Shown one piece after another: positions 1 through 8,057 of a stretch of DNA of 30,838 nt. The stretch is from Spirochaetales bacterium. Lineage in GTDB: Bacteria; Spirochaetota; Spirochaetia; JABEVK01. The stretch is from the NCBI GenBank assembly GCA_037142615.1, contig JBAXAI010000040.1:1-30838 (forward strand), given 5' to 3'. Each line of letters starts with the position of its first letter. Position 1 is the first letter of the stretch. Below the pieces are notes generated by a model. That model did not search any database. It worked only from the letters and a program-made list of their open reading frames with translations, and had not been told where the DNA came from. The translations under genes were made by a program, and so were the position numbers.

Positions 1-230
1 GTCTCCCCGCCCCCCCCCCGCCCCCCCCCCCCCCCACCGCGGGACCCGCCCCTCGGGCGCCCGCGGGACCGGAGAGAGGAGGCCCCCCGGGGGGGGGGGG
101 GGGGACCACACAAGACCCGGCGGCCTCCCTTTTTTCCCCCCCCCCCCACGAAGTTCTGGGGGGGGGGGGGGGGGGGGGGGTGTAAATGACCACGAAGTAG
201 GCAGGGGGAGGGTTGGGAGAAACCGGGGGG
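1..230. repeat. Low-complexity poly-C/poly-G stretch, probable contig-end sequencing or assembly artefact
   Basis: Several long C and G homopolymer runs (e.g. G run ~159-180) at the window edge; no ORF; composition unlike the rest of the window. Confidence 0.75.
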
Positions 231-233
231 AGC

Positions 234-261
234 TTGACAATTTCGCCCCAACGTTTAGGAT
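234..261 (+). promoter_or_regulatory. Sigma70-type promoter for the DUF6941-antitoxin-MazF operon
   Basis: TTGACA (234-239), 16-nt spacer, TAGGAT (256-261); purine-rich SD-like GAGGGGAG just before ATG 295. Confidence 0.6.
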
Positions 262-294
262 CAAACCAATTCTTTCGCCAAAGAGGGGAGTTTC

Positions 295-690
295 ATGAGC
301 GAAGCGATTTGCTACTCGCTGCTTTTTGCTGACAGAGTCATTCGGGAAGACAATGGCAAGACCGGCATCATCGGAAGCTTCAGCCAGTTCAACTTCCCAT
401 CATTTCCGGCTCCGATAACGTTCCCATGGGTGGTGTTCTTTGCTATCGCCAACCTCAGGGGCAAACACACGATTTCTATGAACTTGGTGCACGATGACAC
501 CCAGAGCGTAGTGTTCCCGATTTCCATGGAGATCGACGCGCCGGGTGATGTAAACCTAGAGATCACGATTCCGGCACCGATCATCATACTGCCGAAGCCG
601 GGGGACTACTCGTTGACCCTCAACGTTGATGGTTTCCCGCTATGTTCAAGAATCCTGAAGGTCTCAAAAGTCGATGTTCTCAATGGTTAG
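295..690 (+). CDS. DUF6941-like hypothetical protein (small, beta-rich)
   Basis: 131 aa with SD. The N-terminal LLFADRVIREDNGKTGIIGSF and C-terminal PKPGDYSLTLNVDG match the pattern I recognise for DUF6941. Confidence 0.7.
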   Translation: MSEAICYSLLFADRVIREDNGKTGIIGSFSQFNFPSFPAPITFPWVVFFAIANLRGKHTISMNLVHDDTQSVVFPISMEIDAPGDVNLEITIPAPIIILPKPGDYSLTLNVDGFPLCSRILKVSKVDVLNG

Positions 691-871
691 CACGACTGCC
701 TCTCCAGAACACGTCGATATCGCCACCTGCACCAGTAATCCAGCCTTGGTCATTGTCTATCGCTTCGAACCAGATGCGGTCGATAGTCACGACCTCTCTG
801 GCTTCGATCCGGCGGCAGCCTCCGAAGCGTCCTTCGCCGCCGGATGGGCAGACGAGCCAGACTGGTCGTAA
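683..871 (+). CDS. Small acidic protein, putative antitoxin
   Basis: ATG 683 (alternative 674) overlaps the upstream stop; TAA at 871 lies 1 nt before the toxin GTG. The acidic C-terminus AASEASFAAGWADEPDWS resembles the 'SE-x-x-L/F-x-x-x-W...W' tails of antitoxins found upstream of MazF/PemK genes. Confidence 0.6.
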   Translation: MVSTTASPEHVDIATCTSNPALVIVYRFEPDAVDSHDLSGFDPAAASEASFAAGWADEPDWS

Positions 872-872
872 T

Positions 873-1205
873 GTGGCTCCCGGTGACGTAGTCCTCATCA
901 GCTTTCCGTTCTCCAATCAAGTTGAGGCGAAACTTCGTCCAGTTCTCGTATTGGGTTGCGTCGGCACGTTCGAGATCGTCGTAAGTCAAATAACGACGTC
1001 GCGAATGGTTCCCAACGCCATACCGTTAACTCACTCCGACATGGTAACGGGTGACATTGACCACCCGTGCTTTATCAACCCGCTCAAGATTTCAACCCTC
1101 GAAACCTCAAAAGCAGTTCAGCACCTCGGTAATGTGTCCGAAGAAAAGTTCAAGAGTGTGGTTTCCACGATTTCGAAATTGATGCGATATCCCACGATTC
1201 AGTAA
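873..1205 (+). CDS. mazF: PemK/MazF family endoribonuclease toxin
   Basis: GTG 873 gives 110 aa with PGDVVLISFPFS...KLRPVLVL...SQITTS; the conserved Arg and Thr of MazF/PemK are present. The ORF-track start at 642 is too far upstream. Confidence 0.88.
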   Translation: MAPGDVVLISFPFSNQVEAKLRPVLVLGCVGTFEIVVSQITTSRMVPNAIPLTHSDMVTGDIDHPCFINPLKISTLETSKAVQHLGNVSEEKFKSVVSTISKLMRYPTIQ

Positions 1206-1224
1206 GGCACCAAGCCCTCACCGG

Positions 1225-2412
1225 TCACCGGCCCGCTGACCTGAGCGCCCGCAAGATCAAGTCAGCGTCTTCCGGGTGGTCGTAGTGGTCGGTCATGCTC
1301 GACCCCGGCGTATGGCCCATCAGCAGCCGCGCCGACTCATCACCGCGCTCAGTCCGCAGTTCGGTGTTGCGGGTGTGTCGCAGGCAGTACTGCGTCCGGG
1401 GGAGTTCTTCCACCCCGGGCCTCACGCGCGGCACCCCGGCCCGCGCCAGCGACTTGATGAAGTGGTCGCTCGCCGCCATGGTCCGCATGGTAGACCCCGC
1501 ATTGTGCCGGAACCGTGAGGCTGGGAAAACAAGGTCATCGTCGCCCGGTTCCAGCGGGGCACGAAGCCTGCCCAACAGAGTGGCCGCGCGCTCGCCAACC
1601 AACCCAACCTTTTTGGCAACGCCTTTGCGGGCGGTCTTGATCGGGCCAATGCGTCCAAGATTGTCAACCCCACGGCCAACGACAAACGCCCGGTGCGCCG
1701 GGTGCCAGTCTCGCCACCTGAGCGCCAGCGCCTCACCGGGCCGAAGGGCCGAGTCGTAAACCACCAGAAAGAACACCGCCCACTTGAGCGTGCCCCAAAT
1801 CCGTACCAGCTCGGCGTCGTCGGCAGGGAAGAGCAGCGCCAGTTCGGCAACAGAGAACGAGCCCCGGCCTGCGCCGCGCTTCTTGATCCAGGGGATGGAA
1901 TCCAGAGGGTTGGTCTCAAGCAGGCCGTCAAAAGCCGCCTGTGCAAAGATGTGGTTCATGGCCGAGTGGATGCGGTTGCGCTGACCAGCCGAAAGCGGGC
2001 GGACCTTGCCGTCGAACTCTTTGCTGGTGGTCAGCTCGGGCGACGCCAACCACTCAAAGAACGCCTTGGGCCGGATCGTCACCAGCATGGTCTTCCCCCA
2101 CCGGGGCAGAATGAAGGCGTCCAGCACCTGCCGGACGTTCTGCCACGACTTGCTGACGTTCCGCTCCCCGGCTTCCTCGAGCAGCCGGATGCGCGGGCAT
2201 GATCCCGGCAAGAAGAATTCTTTGGCATAGACCCCCAGCGTCACGTCGGCAGTCGCCCCGCCGGTTGCCTTGGCCAAAGCCCAGGCGATTGCCCGGGGTT
2301 TCGAGGTCTGCCCCGAGCTGACCCAACCGCCTTGACCCGGTATCTGGACGTAGTACACCCCGTCACGGTCGGCCCGTTTCCACGTCCGCACATCCCTTTC
2401 ACTCCATTCCAT
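1225..2412 (-). CDS. Tyrosine recombinase / phage integrase family protein
   Basis: Motifs ALRPGEALALRWRD (Arg I), IKT (Lys), YCLRHT (box II), LMGH and DHY (Tyr nucleophile); core-binding region ending LETNPL. Start placed at ATG 2412 (MEWSER). Confidence 0.93.
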   Translation of the reverse strand: MEWSERDVRTWKRADRDGVYYVQIPGQGGWVSSGQTSKPRAIAWALAKATGGATADVTLGVYAKEFFLPGSCPRIRLLEEAGERNVSKSWQNVRQVLDAFILPRWGKTMLVTIRPKAFFEWLASPELTTSKEFDGKVRPLSAGQRNRIHSAMNHIFAQAAFDGLLETNPLDSIPWIKKRGAGRGSFSVAELALLFPADDAELVRIWGTLKWAVFFLVVYDSALRPGEALALRWRDWHPAHRAFVVGRGVDNLGRIGPIKTARKGVAKKVGLVGERAATLLGRLRAPLEPGDDDLVFPASRFRHNAGSTMRTMAASDHFIKSLARAGVPRVRPGVEELPRTQYCLRHTRNTELRTERGDESARLLMGHTPGSSMTDHYDHPEDADLILRALRSAGR

Positions 2413-2418
2413 GATGCA

Positions 2419-2447
2419 AGATTCGCCAGACGATGGGTGCCCGTCAA
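2419..2447 (-). promoter_or_regulatory. Candidate integrase promoter (leaderless geometry)
   Basis: Minus strand TTGACG, 17 nt, GAATCT, 6 nt, ATG(2412); no SD. Confidence 0.4.
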
Positions 2448-2450
2448 CCC

Positions 2451-2471
2451 TTGGTTGATGTTTGGTTGATG
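2451..2471. repeat. Tandem 10-bp direct repeat TTGGTTGATG, candidate integrase arm-type sites
   Basis: Exact copies at 2451-2460 and 2462-2471 (11-bp period), directly upstream of the integrase -35. Confidence 0.55.
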
Positions 2472-2592
2472 ACACCGTGTGCGACTTTTGCACTTTGGTG
2501 TGTGGAAATCCTACGAAATGGGAAGTGCAGGGTGATAGAGTCCGTCAAAGGGTAATGTTGACCTGTCGAAAGCTCACCAGAGACGGCAGGCC

Positions 2593-2621
2593 TTCACGCT
2601 CATCGAATAAAGCAGCATAAT
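2593..2621 (+). promoter_or_regulatory. Candidate leaderless sigma70 promoter
   Basis: TTCACG (2593-2598), 17 nt, CATAAT (2616-2621), 6 nt, ATG 2628; no SD. Confidence 0.5.
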
Positions 2622-2627
2622 GCGGCC

Positions 2628-4211
2628 ATGGACGCCTCCGCCGTCGCCTTGGCTGCGTTTCTTGATACCTTGGACCGTTTCTCTCTTCCGCAGGGGGTAC
2701 TCGGCCCGGGTGCGCTCACAGAGTTGGCCTTGGGTTGCCAACTTTGGTCGTTTCGCGCTGGCGACGTGATCGCTTTCCCCGACGAAAAGCCTGAGGGCAC
2801 CTTGATTGTCGCCGAGGGTTGTCTGGTTTTGCAAACGCGCACCGGTGGCGACGTATACCTCGGCGTTCGGGAAGAGCTGGATCCAGCGCTCCCGGGCCTG
2901 TGGCGCGGGCAAACCGACGGGCAATATGTTGTGCTCCCCGACGCCACCTGGCAGCACTGGCTCCGAATTCATCCCGCCGCTGCGCAAGCCTGGGGAGTGC
3001 AACCTGGCCTGGAACTTCCCTCGTCGCTGGCGCGCACCCCGCTCCTCTTGGCCGCCGGAGAGGGGGTTCAGCACGTGTTCCGCCGCAGTCCGCTCTTCTG
3101 GCTCAAGCGGGTGCTGCTTCCCGGGGCGTTGTTTGTCATCCTCGCGGTCTTCTGCGCGCTCATCCCGTTTCCTCTCGCGATTTTTCCGCTGGCCGGAGCG
3201 CTCATGGCCGGCTTCCTCGTGCTTCTGTTCACTTGGGAATGGCGTGTATCGACGCTGGCGTTGACGGATCGCGCTGTACTTCTCCGACAAGTCGATGCCT
3301 GGGAGCGTCGTTCAGACTTTGAGAAGCTCAGCCTCGACACGCTCAAGGAAGCCACCTACCGCAAACAGGGCCTCGTCGATTCGCTGTTTGGTCTGGTTGC
3401 CGTCGAGTTGGAGGGAGACTCGCCAAAGGGCAAGTTGGTCTTTGAGGGGCTGCGCGCCGACGCCGGCTTTGCGGAAGCCGTAAACACCCTGAAAGTGCAG
3501 CGCTCGCGGCAAAAACCCACCAGACGGGCCATACGGGCTGCTCTGGCCAGCCGCTCGGGTGGCGCCCGTGAGCCGGTGCTCCTGTTGCGTCCTGCCGAAA
3601 AACGAGAGTCCACCGGGCGCCGCCTGAGCTGGCGAAAAGAAAAGAACGGGCTGGTCACCTTCCGGCGGCATCCTTGGCACTTGGGGCGCAAGCTCCTGCC
3701 TTGGTTGGGTTGGACGGCTCTCGTGGTGGCCCTGGTGGGCTTTGCGGCGGCTTTGGCTGGTTCGGCAGCGCCGGCGGTTCTGCTGGCCGGTGCCCTGACC
3801 TTGCTCCCGTTGAGCCGCGCTGTTTACGAGTTCGCCGACTGGTCCAACGACAACTTGGTGCTTCAGGGCGACAAGGTGGTGTGCGTCCACCGTAAACCTA
3901 TGTGGGGTGGCGAGATAAGGCAAGAGGGATTCCTTGCCGACGTGCAACAGATCGGCGTGCGCAAAGAGAGCCTCTTTGCTCTGTTGCTGGACTTTGGAAC
4001 CCTCACCGTGTCGTTTGGCGGCAGTTCGCCGTTGGTGTTTGAAAACGCCTCGCACCCCGAGTGGGTGCAAAACGAGATTTTTGCCCGTCGTGGGCAAGTT
4101 CAGGCCGATCAAGAGCGCACCGAGGCAGCTTCCCGACTCGACCAGATGACCGAAATCCTCGATGCTTGGGAAGAAGCCAAAGAGGCTGGCTATTTTCCGG
4201 GGAAAAGCTGA
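2628..4211 (+). CDS. Membrane protein with an N-terminal cyclic-nucleotide-binding-like domain and two TM-hairpin + bacterial PH (bPH_2)-like units
   Basis: FRAGDVIAFPDEKPEGTLIVAEG resembles the start of a cNMP beta-barrel. Two units, each a TM pair followed by LALTDRAVL...VDSLFGLVAVELE or LVLQGDKVV...LLDFGTLTVS (bPH_2 pattern). Confidence 0.65.
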   Translation: MDASAVALAAFLDTLDRFSLPQGVLGPGALTELALGCQLWSFRAGDVIAFPDEKPEGTLIVAEGCLVLQTRTGGDVYLGVREELDPALPGLWRGQTDGQYVVLPDATWQHWLRIHPAAAQAWGVQPGLELPSSLARTPLLLAAGEGVQHVFRRSPLFWLKRVLLPGALFVILAVFCALIPFPLAIFPLAGALMAGFLVLLFTWEWRVSTLALTDRAVLLRQVDAWERRSDFEKLSLDTLKEATYRKQGLVDSLFGLVAVELEGDSPKGKLVFEGLRADAGFAEAVNTLKVQRSRQKPTRRAIRAALASRSGGAREPVLLLRPAEKRESTGRRLSWRKEKNGLVTFRRHPWHLGRKLLPWLGWTALVVALVGFAAALAGSAAPAVLLAGALTLLPLSRAVYEFADWSNDNLVLQGDKVVCVHRKPMWGGEIRQEGFLADVQQIGVRKESLFALLLDFGTLTVSFGGSSPLVFENASHPEWVQNEIFARRGQVQADQERTEAASRLDQMTEILDAWEEAKEAGYFPGKS

Positions 4212-4217
4212 TCCGGC

Positions 4218-4246
4218 TTGACAAACAAAGATTCTGTATCTATGAA
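4218..4246 (+). promoter_or_regulatory. Candidate sigma70 promoter of the DAHP synthase operon
   Basis: TTGACA (4218-4223), 17 nt, TATGAA; SD-like AAGGAAAGG before ATG 4265. Confidence 0.45.
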
Positions 4247-4264
4247 TAGAAACAAGGAAAGGCC

Positions 4265-5326
4265 ATGGACAATACCAGCGACCTGAATATCATCACCATG
4301 AGAAAACTGATTTCGCCCAAAGTACTCAAAGTCGAGTTTCCCCTCACACCGGCGATCGCGCACACAGTGGCGCAGGCTCGGCACGACATTTCCCGCATCC
4401 TCAAAGGTGAGGATCCAAGGCTGCTGGCCATTGTGGGCCCCTGCAGCATCCACGACCCGGTGAGCGCGCTCGAGTACGCGCGCAAGCTCCGCAGCCTGCA
4501 AGACGAAGTGGCTTCGACCCACCTGCTGGTGATGCGGGTGTATTTCGAAAAACCCCGCACCACGATCGGCTGGAGGGGGTACATCGTCGACCCGGAACTC
4601 GACGGGTCTCACGACATCGAGACCGGCCTGCGCAGGGCCCGCAAGCTCCTGCTCGAAATCAGCGCCCTCGGACTACCCTGCGCCACCGAAGTGCTCGACC
4701 CCATCGTGCCTCAGTACATCGCCGATATGATCAGTTGGGCCGCGATCGGCGCGCGCACAACAGAAAGCCAGACGCATCGCGACATCACCAGCGGCTTGTC
4801 GATGCCTGTTGGGTTCAAAAACGGCACCGACGGCAACCTCGAGATCGCCGTGAATGCCCTGGCGGCCAGCCGCGAGGCCAAGAGTTTCATCGGCATCGAC
4901 CAGGAGGGACAGACCTGCGTGATCACCACACGCGGCAACACCGAGGGGCACGTTATCCTTCGCGGGGGCAAGAGCGGCCCGAACTACAGCGCCGCCGAGC
5001 TCGACCGGGCCGAGATCACACTCAAGTCCTTGCTGCTGGACAACTTCCTGATGGTTGATTGCAGCCACGCCAATTCGGGCAAGAAGCCCGAACGCCAGCC
5101 CGAGGTCTTGCGGTCGCTGGTCGACGAGATCCTCGCCGGTCGCAACAGCCTGCGCGGGTACATGCTCGAAAGCCACCTGCTGGGCGGCAGTCAGCCCCTG
5201 GGTCCCTTGGCGGGGCTGAAGTACGGTGTGTCGGTCACTGACGGTTGCCTGGGCTGGGACGACACGGCCCAGGCTCTCCGCCAGGCGCATGGGCGCCTCC
5301 AGAGCCACCAGAAGGTGAGCGCGTGA
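4265..5326 (+). CDS. aroG: 3-deoxy-7-phosphoheptulonate (DAHP) synthase, class I-alpha (AroF/G/H family)
   Basis: GPCSIHD, MRVYFEKPRTTIGW, IGARTTESQTHR, GFKNGTDG, DCSHANS, YGVSVTDGC. The isoenzyme cannot be assigned. Confidence 0.95.
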   Translation: MDNTSDLNIITMRKLISPKVLKVEFPLTPAIAHTVAQARHDISRILKGEDPRLLAIVGPCSIHDPVSALEYARKLRSLQDEVASTHLLVMRVYFEKPRTTIGWRGYIVDPELDGSHDIETGLRRARKLLLEISALGLPCATEVLDPIVPQYIADMISWAAIGARTTESQTHRDITSGLSMPVGFKNGTDGNLEIAVNALAASREAKSFIGIDQEGQTCVITTRGNTEGHVILRGGKSGPNYSAAELDRAEITLKSLLLDNFLMVDCSHANSGKKPERQPEVLRSLVDEILAGRNSLRGYMLESHLLGGSQPLGPLAGLKYGVSVTDGCLGWDDTAQALRQAHGRLQSHQKVSA

Positions 5327-5703
5327 CTCAGGGGCCAGCGCTCCAGCTGTACGGACGCAAAAAGTGCCGCGAAACCCAGAAGGGTCAGCGCTGGCTGCAG
5401 GAACGGCGTCTGGCGTTCCATTTCCTCGATCTGGACGTCAAAGCTCCCGGACCGGCGGAACTCGACAGCCTCGGCCGTGCGGTCGGAGGACTCGAGGCTC
5501 TGCTCGATACCCAGAGTGACTACTACCGCAAGCACGGCTACGCCCATCTGGAGTTCGACCTGCGGGCCGAACTGCTCGAACACCCGCAGTTGCTGCGTAC
5601 CCCCGTGCTCCGCCGCTCGCCCCAGGCGGTTTTGGGCTTCGAACCCGATTCGTGGAGCTCCCTGACCACAGGCTCCGCGTCGGCGGGCTCCGAAAAAAGG
5701 TGA
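5323..5703 (+). CDS. ArsC/Spx/YffB-like thioredoxin-fold protein
   Basis: GTG 5323 forms a GTGA overlap with the DAHP synthase stop; LQLYGRKKCRETQKG...LLEHPQLLRTPVL...GF. Confidence 0.85.
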   Translation: MTQGPALQLYGRKKCRETQKGQRWLQERRLAFHFLDLDVKAPGPAELDSLGRAVGGLEALLDTQSDYYRKHGYAHLEFDLRAELLEHPQLLRTPVLRRSPQAVLGFEPDSWSSLTTGSASAGSEKR

Positions 5704-6473
5704 GACTCCCGTTCGCCGTTCTGGGTTCCGGCTCCAAGGCCAACTCGTACATTTTCGAAACCGGCGACGGTTGCATCGTCATCGACAACGGTTTTGTACT
5801 CAAGGACTTCAAAAAGCGCTGTGCCGCCGCGGGGTTCGACTGGACCACGGTGAAGGCCGTCTTCTTGACCCACAACCACGGCGACCACGTGCGTGGCCTC
5901 GAGACCCTCGTCGGGCATACCGGCGCGACCTTGGTTCACCGCCAGGGCTTCCGCATCGACACGTTGTTCCGCAAGCTCAAAAACTACGCCGCCTACCCGG
6001 TCGAACCGCGCAAGAGCTATCGCCTGGGCGAGGTCGAGTTCTACCCGTTTGATCTCAGCCACGACGCTCCGGGGGCTCAAAGTTACCACTTCAAGGCCGG
6101 TGGGCGGCGCTTCACGCTGATCACCGACACGGGACGGACCGACGACCTGATGCTGGGGCTAGCCGCGCGCAGCGAAGTGCTGTTCCTGGAGTCGAATTAC
6201 TGTCCGAAGCTGCTCGAAGCGGGGCCTTACCCGCCTGCCCTGAGGGCCCGGGTCGCCGCCGACACCGGGCACCTGTCCAACCACCAGGCAGCGGAGTTTC
6301 TCAATGCCCTGGCCGACCGCGACGACTGCCTGGTCGAGCAGGTGTACTTGGTGCATCTGTCGGAAAATAACAACTCGCCTGACCGGGTGGGCGAAGTCCT
6401 GTCCGCCGAAAGCCGTTGGAAAGGACCGATCCGGGTATGCGGCCGCAGCGAAATGGTGGTTGGTGACCGGTAG
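5700..6473 (+). CDS. MBL-fold metallo-hydrolase (YycJ/WalJ-like)
   Basis: GTG 5700 in a GTGA overlap; VLGSGSKAN, THNHGDH, SHDA, TDTG, LESNY, GHLSN, HLSENNN. Confidence 0.92.
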   Translation: MRLPFAVLGSGSKANSYIFETGDGCIVIDNGFVLKDFKKRCAAAGFDWTTVKAVFLTHNHGDHVRGLETLVGHTGATLVHRQGFRIDTLFRKLKNYAAYPVEPRKSYRLGEVEFYPFDLSHDAPGAQSYHFKAGGRRFTLITDTGRTDDLMLGLAARSEVLFLESNYCPKLLEAGPYPPALRARVAADTGHLSNHQAAEFLNALADRDDCLVEQVYLVHLSENNNSPDRVGEVLSAESRWKGPIRVCGRSEMVVGDR

Positions 6474-6512
6474 AGCTTTCCAAAACCCTGCAAAGGGCTT
6501 AGTCTTTTGTTT

Positions 6513-8057
6513 ATGACCATTCACTCTCTTTGGAAAGACGCCAGCGCGCGTCATGCGCAGCTCCCAGCCGTGAGCTGGGTGGGCGAGACCCCTTGGACCT
6601 ACGCCGAACTCGATGCCCGGGTCAAAAACCTCAGCTCCCGCTGGAGTTCGCAGGGCCTCAAGGCCGGCGACCGGGTGGCCCTGTGGTCAGGCAACCACCC
6701 CGGCTGGGGTGTCGTTTACCTGGCGGCTACCACCTCGGCGCGCGTGATTGTGCCGATTCTCCCTGACTTTTCCACAGCCGATGTTCTCAACGTGGTCGGC
6801 CATTCCGGCGCCCGCGTGCTGGTTCTGGGAGCCGCCCAGGTCGAGGCCTGGAAAGCGGGCGTCGCCGCCTTACCCCCCGAGAAGAAAGAGTCGTTGTCGT
6901 CACTGGTCGTCGAACTTCTCGACGATTTGCTGGAACTTCCGGCGACCGGGGGCAGTGCGGAAACTCTGCCTCAGCCAGAGGATCTGGCGGCCTTGATCTA
7001 CACTTCGGGCACCACCGGGGCGTCCAAGGGCGTGATGCTGACCCAGGGCAACGTGGCCGGAAACGCTGCCGCCGCCAGTTCCATTCCTGGCTACGTGCCC
7101 GGTGACAAGCAACTGTCTGTGTTGCCGCTGGCCCACACCTACGAGTGCACCTTGGGTTTCTTGATTCCCCTTCGCGAAGGGGTGCACATTTCGTACCTGA
7201 ACAAGCCTGCGGCTCCGGCGGTTTTGATGCCCGCGCTGGCGCTGGTTAGGCCGCACGCGATGCTCACGGTTCCGCTCTTCATGGAAAAAATCTACCGGGC
7301 CAAGGTGGAACCCAGCCTCAACCATGGTTTGCTGGGGCTGTTGTCGCACGTGCCGGGCCTGGGTGGCCTGCTGGTCAAGGTGGCCGGCAAGAAGCTCTAC
7401 GAGACTTTTGGTGGGCGGCTGAAGTTCTTTGGCATCGGCGGGGCTCCGTTGGCACCCGAGGTGGAGAAGTTCCTGTTCCGTGCCGGGTTCCCGTACGCGG
7501 TCGGCTACGGACTCACCGAAACGAGTCCCCTCGTAGCAGGTCACCTGGGCGGGCGGCTGTATTCTACCGGCCGTATTCTTCCCGGTGTCGAGGTGAAGAT
7601 TCAGGAACCGCTGAACCACGAAGGCGCCGGCGAGATTCTTGTGAAGGGACCGAACGTGATGCGTGGCTATTACCACGATGACGCCCGCACCGCCGAGGTG
7701 CTCTCGGACGGTTGGTTCCGTACCGGCGACCTGGGCAGCTTCGATACCCACGGTCACCTGCACATCCGCGGCCGCATCAAGAACGTCATCCTCGGCCCGA
7801 GCGGCGAGAACATTTACCCCGAGGCCATCGAGGCCGTGCTCAACCGGCAGGAAGGAGTGCTTGAAAGCTTGGTGTTGCAGAGGGGACTCGAGCTCGTGGC
7901 TCTTGTGGTGTTCGAAAAGTCTCACAATCTGGAAGCGCTCAAGGCCCATGTGAACCAGCATCTGGCTCGCTACAGTCGGCTCTCACGCCTGGAGGTCCAG
8001 GTCGAACCCTTCGACAAGACCGCCACGCTCAAGATCAAACGCTACCTGTACAGCTAG
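6513..8057 (+). CDS. fadD: Long-chain fatty-acid--CoA ligase (AMP-binding)
   Basis: IYTSGTTGASKG, GYGLTETSP, GWFRTGDLG, GRIKNVI...GENIYPE. Confidence 0.9.
   Translation: MTIHSLWKDASARHAQLPAVSWVGETPWTYAELDARVKNLSSRWSSQGLKAGDRVALWSGNHPGWGVVYLAATTSARVIVPILPDFSTADVLNVVGHSGARVLVLGAAQVEAWKAGVAALPPEKKESLSSLVVELLDDLLELPATGGSAETLPQPEDLAALIYTSGTTGASKGVMLTQGNVAGNAAAASSIPGYVPGDKQLSVLPLAHTYECTLGFLIPLREGVHISYLNKPAAPAVLMPALALVRPHAMLTVPLFMEKIYRAKVEPSLNHGLLGLLSHVPGLGGLLVKVAGKKLYETFGGRLKFFGIGGAPLAPEVEKFLFRAGFPYAVGYGLTETSPLVAGHLGGRLYSTGRILPGVEVKIQEPLNHEGAGEILVKGPNVMRGYYHDDARTAEVLSDGWFRTGDLGSFDTHGHLHIRGRIKNVILGPSGENIYPEAIEAVLNRQEGVLESLVLQRGLELVALVVFEKSHNLEALKAHVNQHLARYSRLSRLEVQVEPFDKTATLKIKRYLYS

Larger units (their letters stand above)
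234..2562. mobile_element. Right end of an integrative element or prophage (left part lies outside the window)
   Basis: Tyrosine integrase next to a toxin module that is visibly more AT-rich than the flanking genes; tandem and inverted repeats between the integrase start and the first host-like gene. The boundary is approximate. Confidence 0.6.

Noticed and set aside
1-230. G-quadruplex or phase-variable poly-G/C regulatory tracts
   Set aside because: Irregular homopolymers at the sequence edge are typical low-quality read-end artefacts; no biological role can be supported.
642-872. N-terminally extended 187-aa MazF
   Set aside because: The extension is a low-complexity overlap with two better ORFs; MazF homology begins at GTG 873.
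2536-2563. Chromosomal dif (XerCD) site
   Set aside because: TAATGTTGACC only loosely resembles the XerD arm TTATGTTAAAT, and there is no matching XerC arm at 6-bp spacing.
2500-2600. Riboswitch or known ncRNA
   Set aside because: A hairpin is present, but no conserved motif of a family I can recognise (c-di-GMP, SAM, glycine, SRP, tmRNA).
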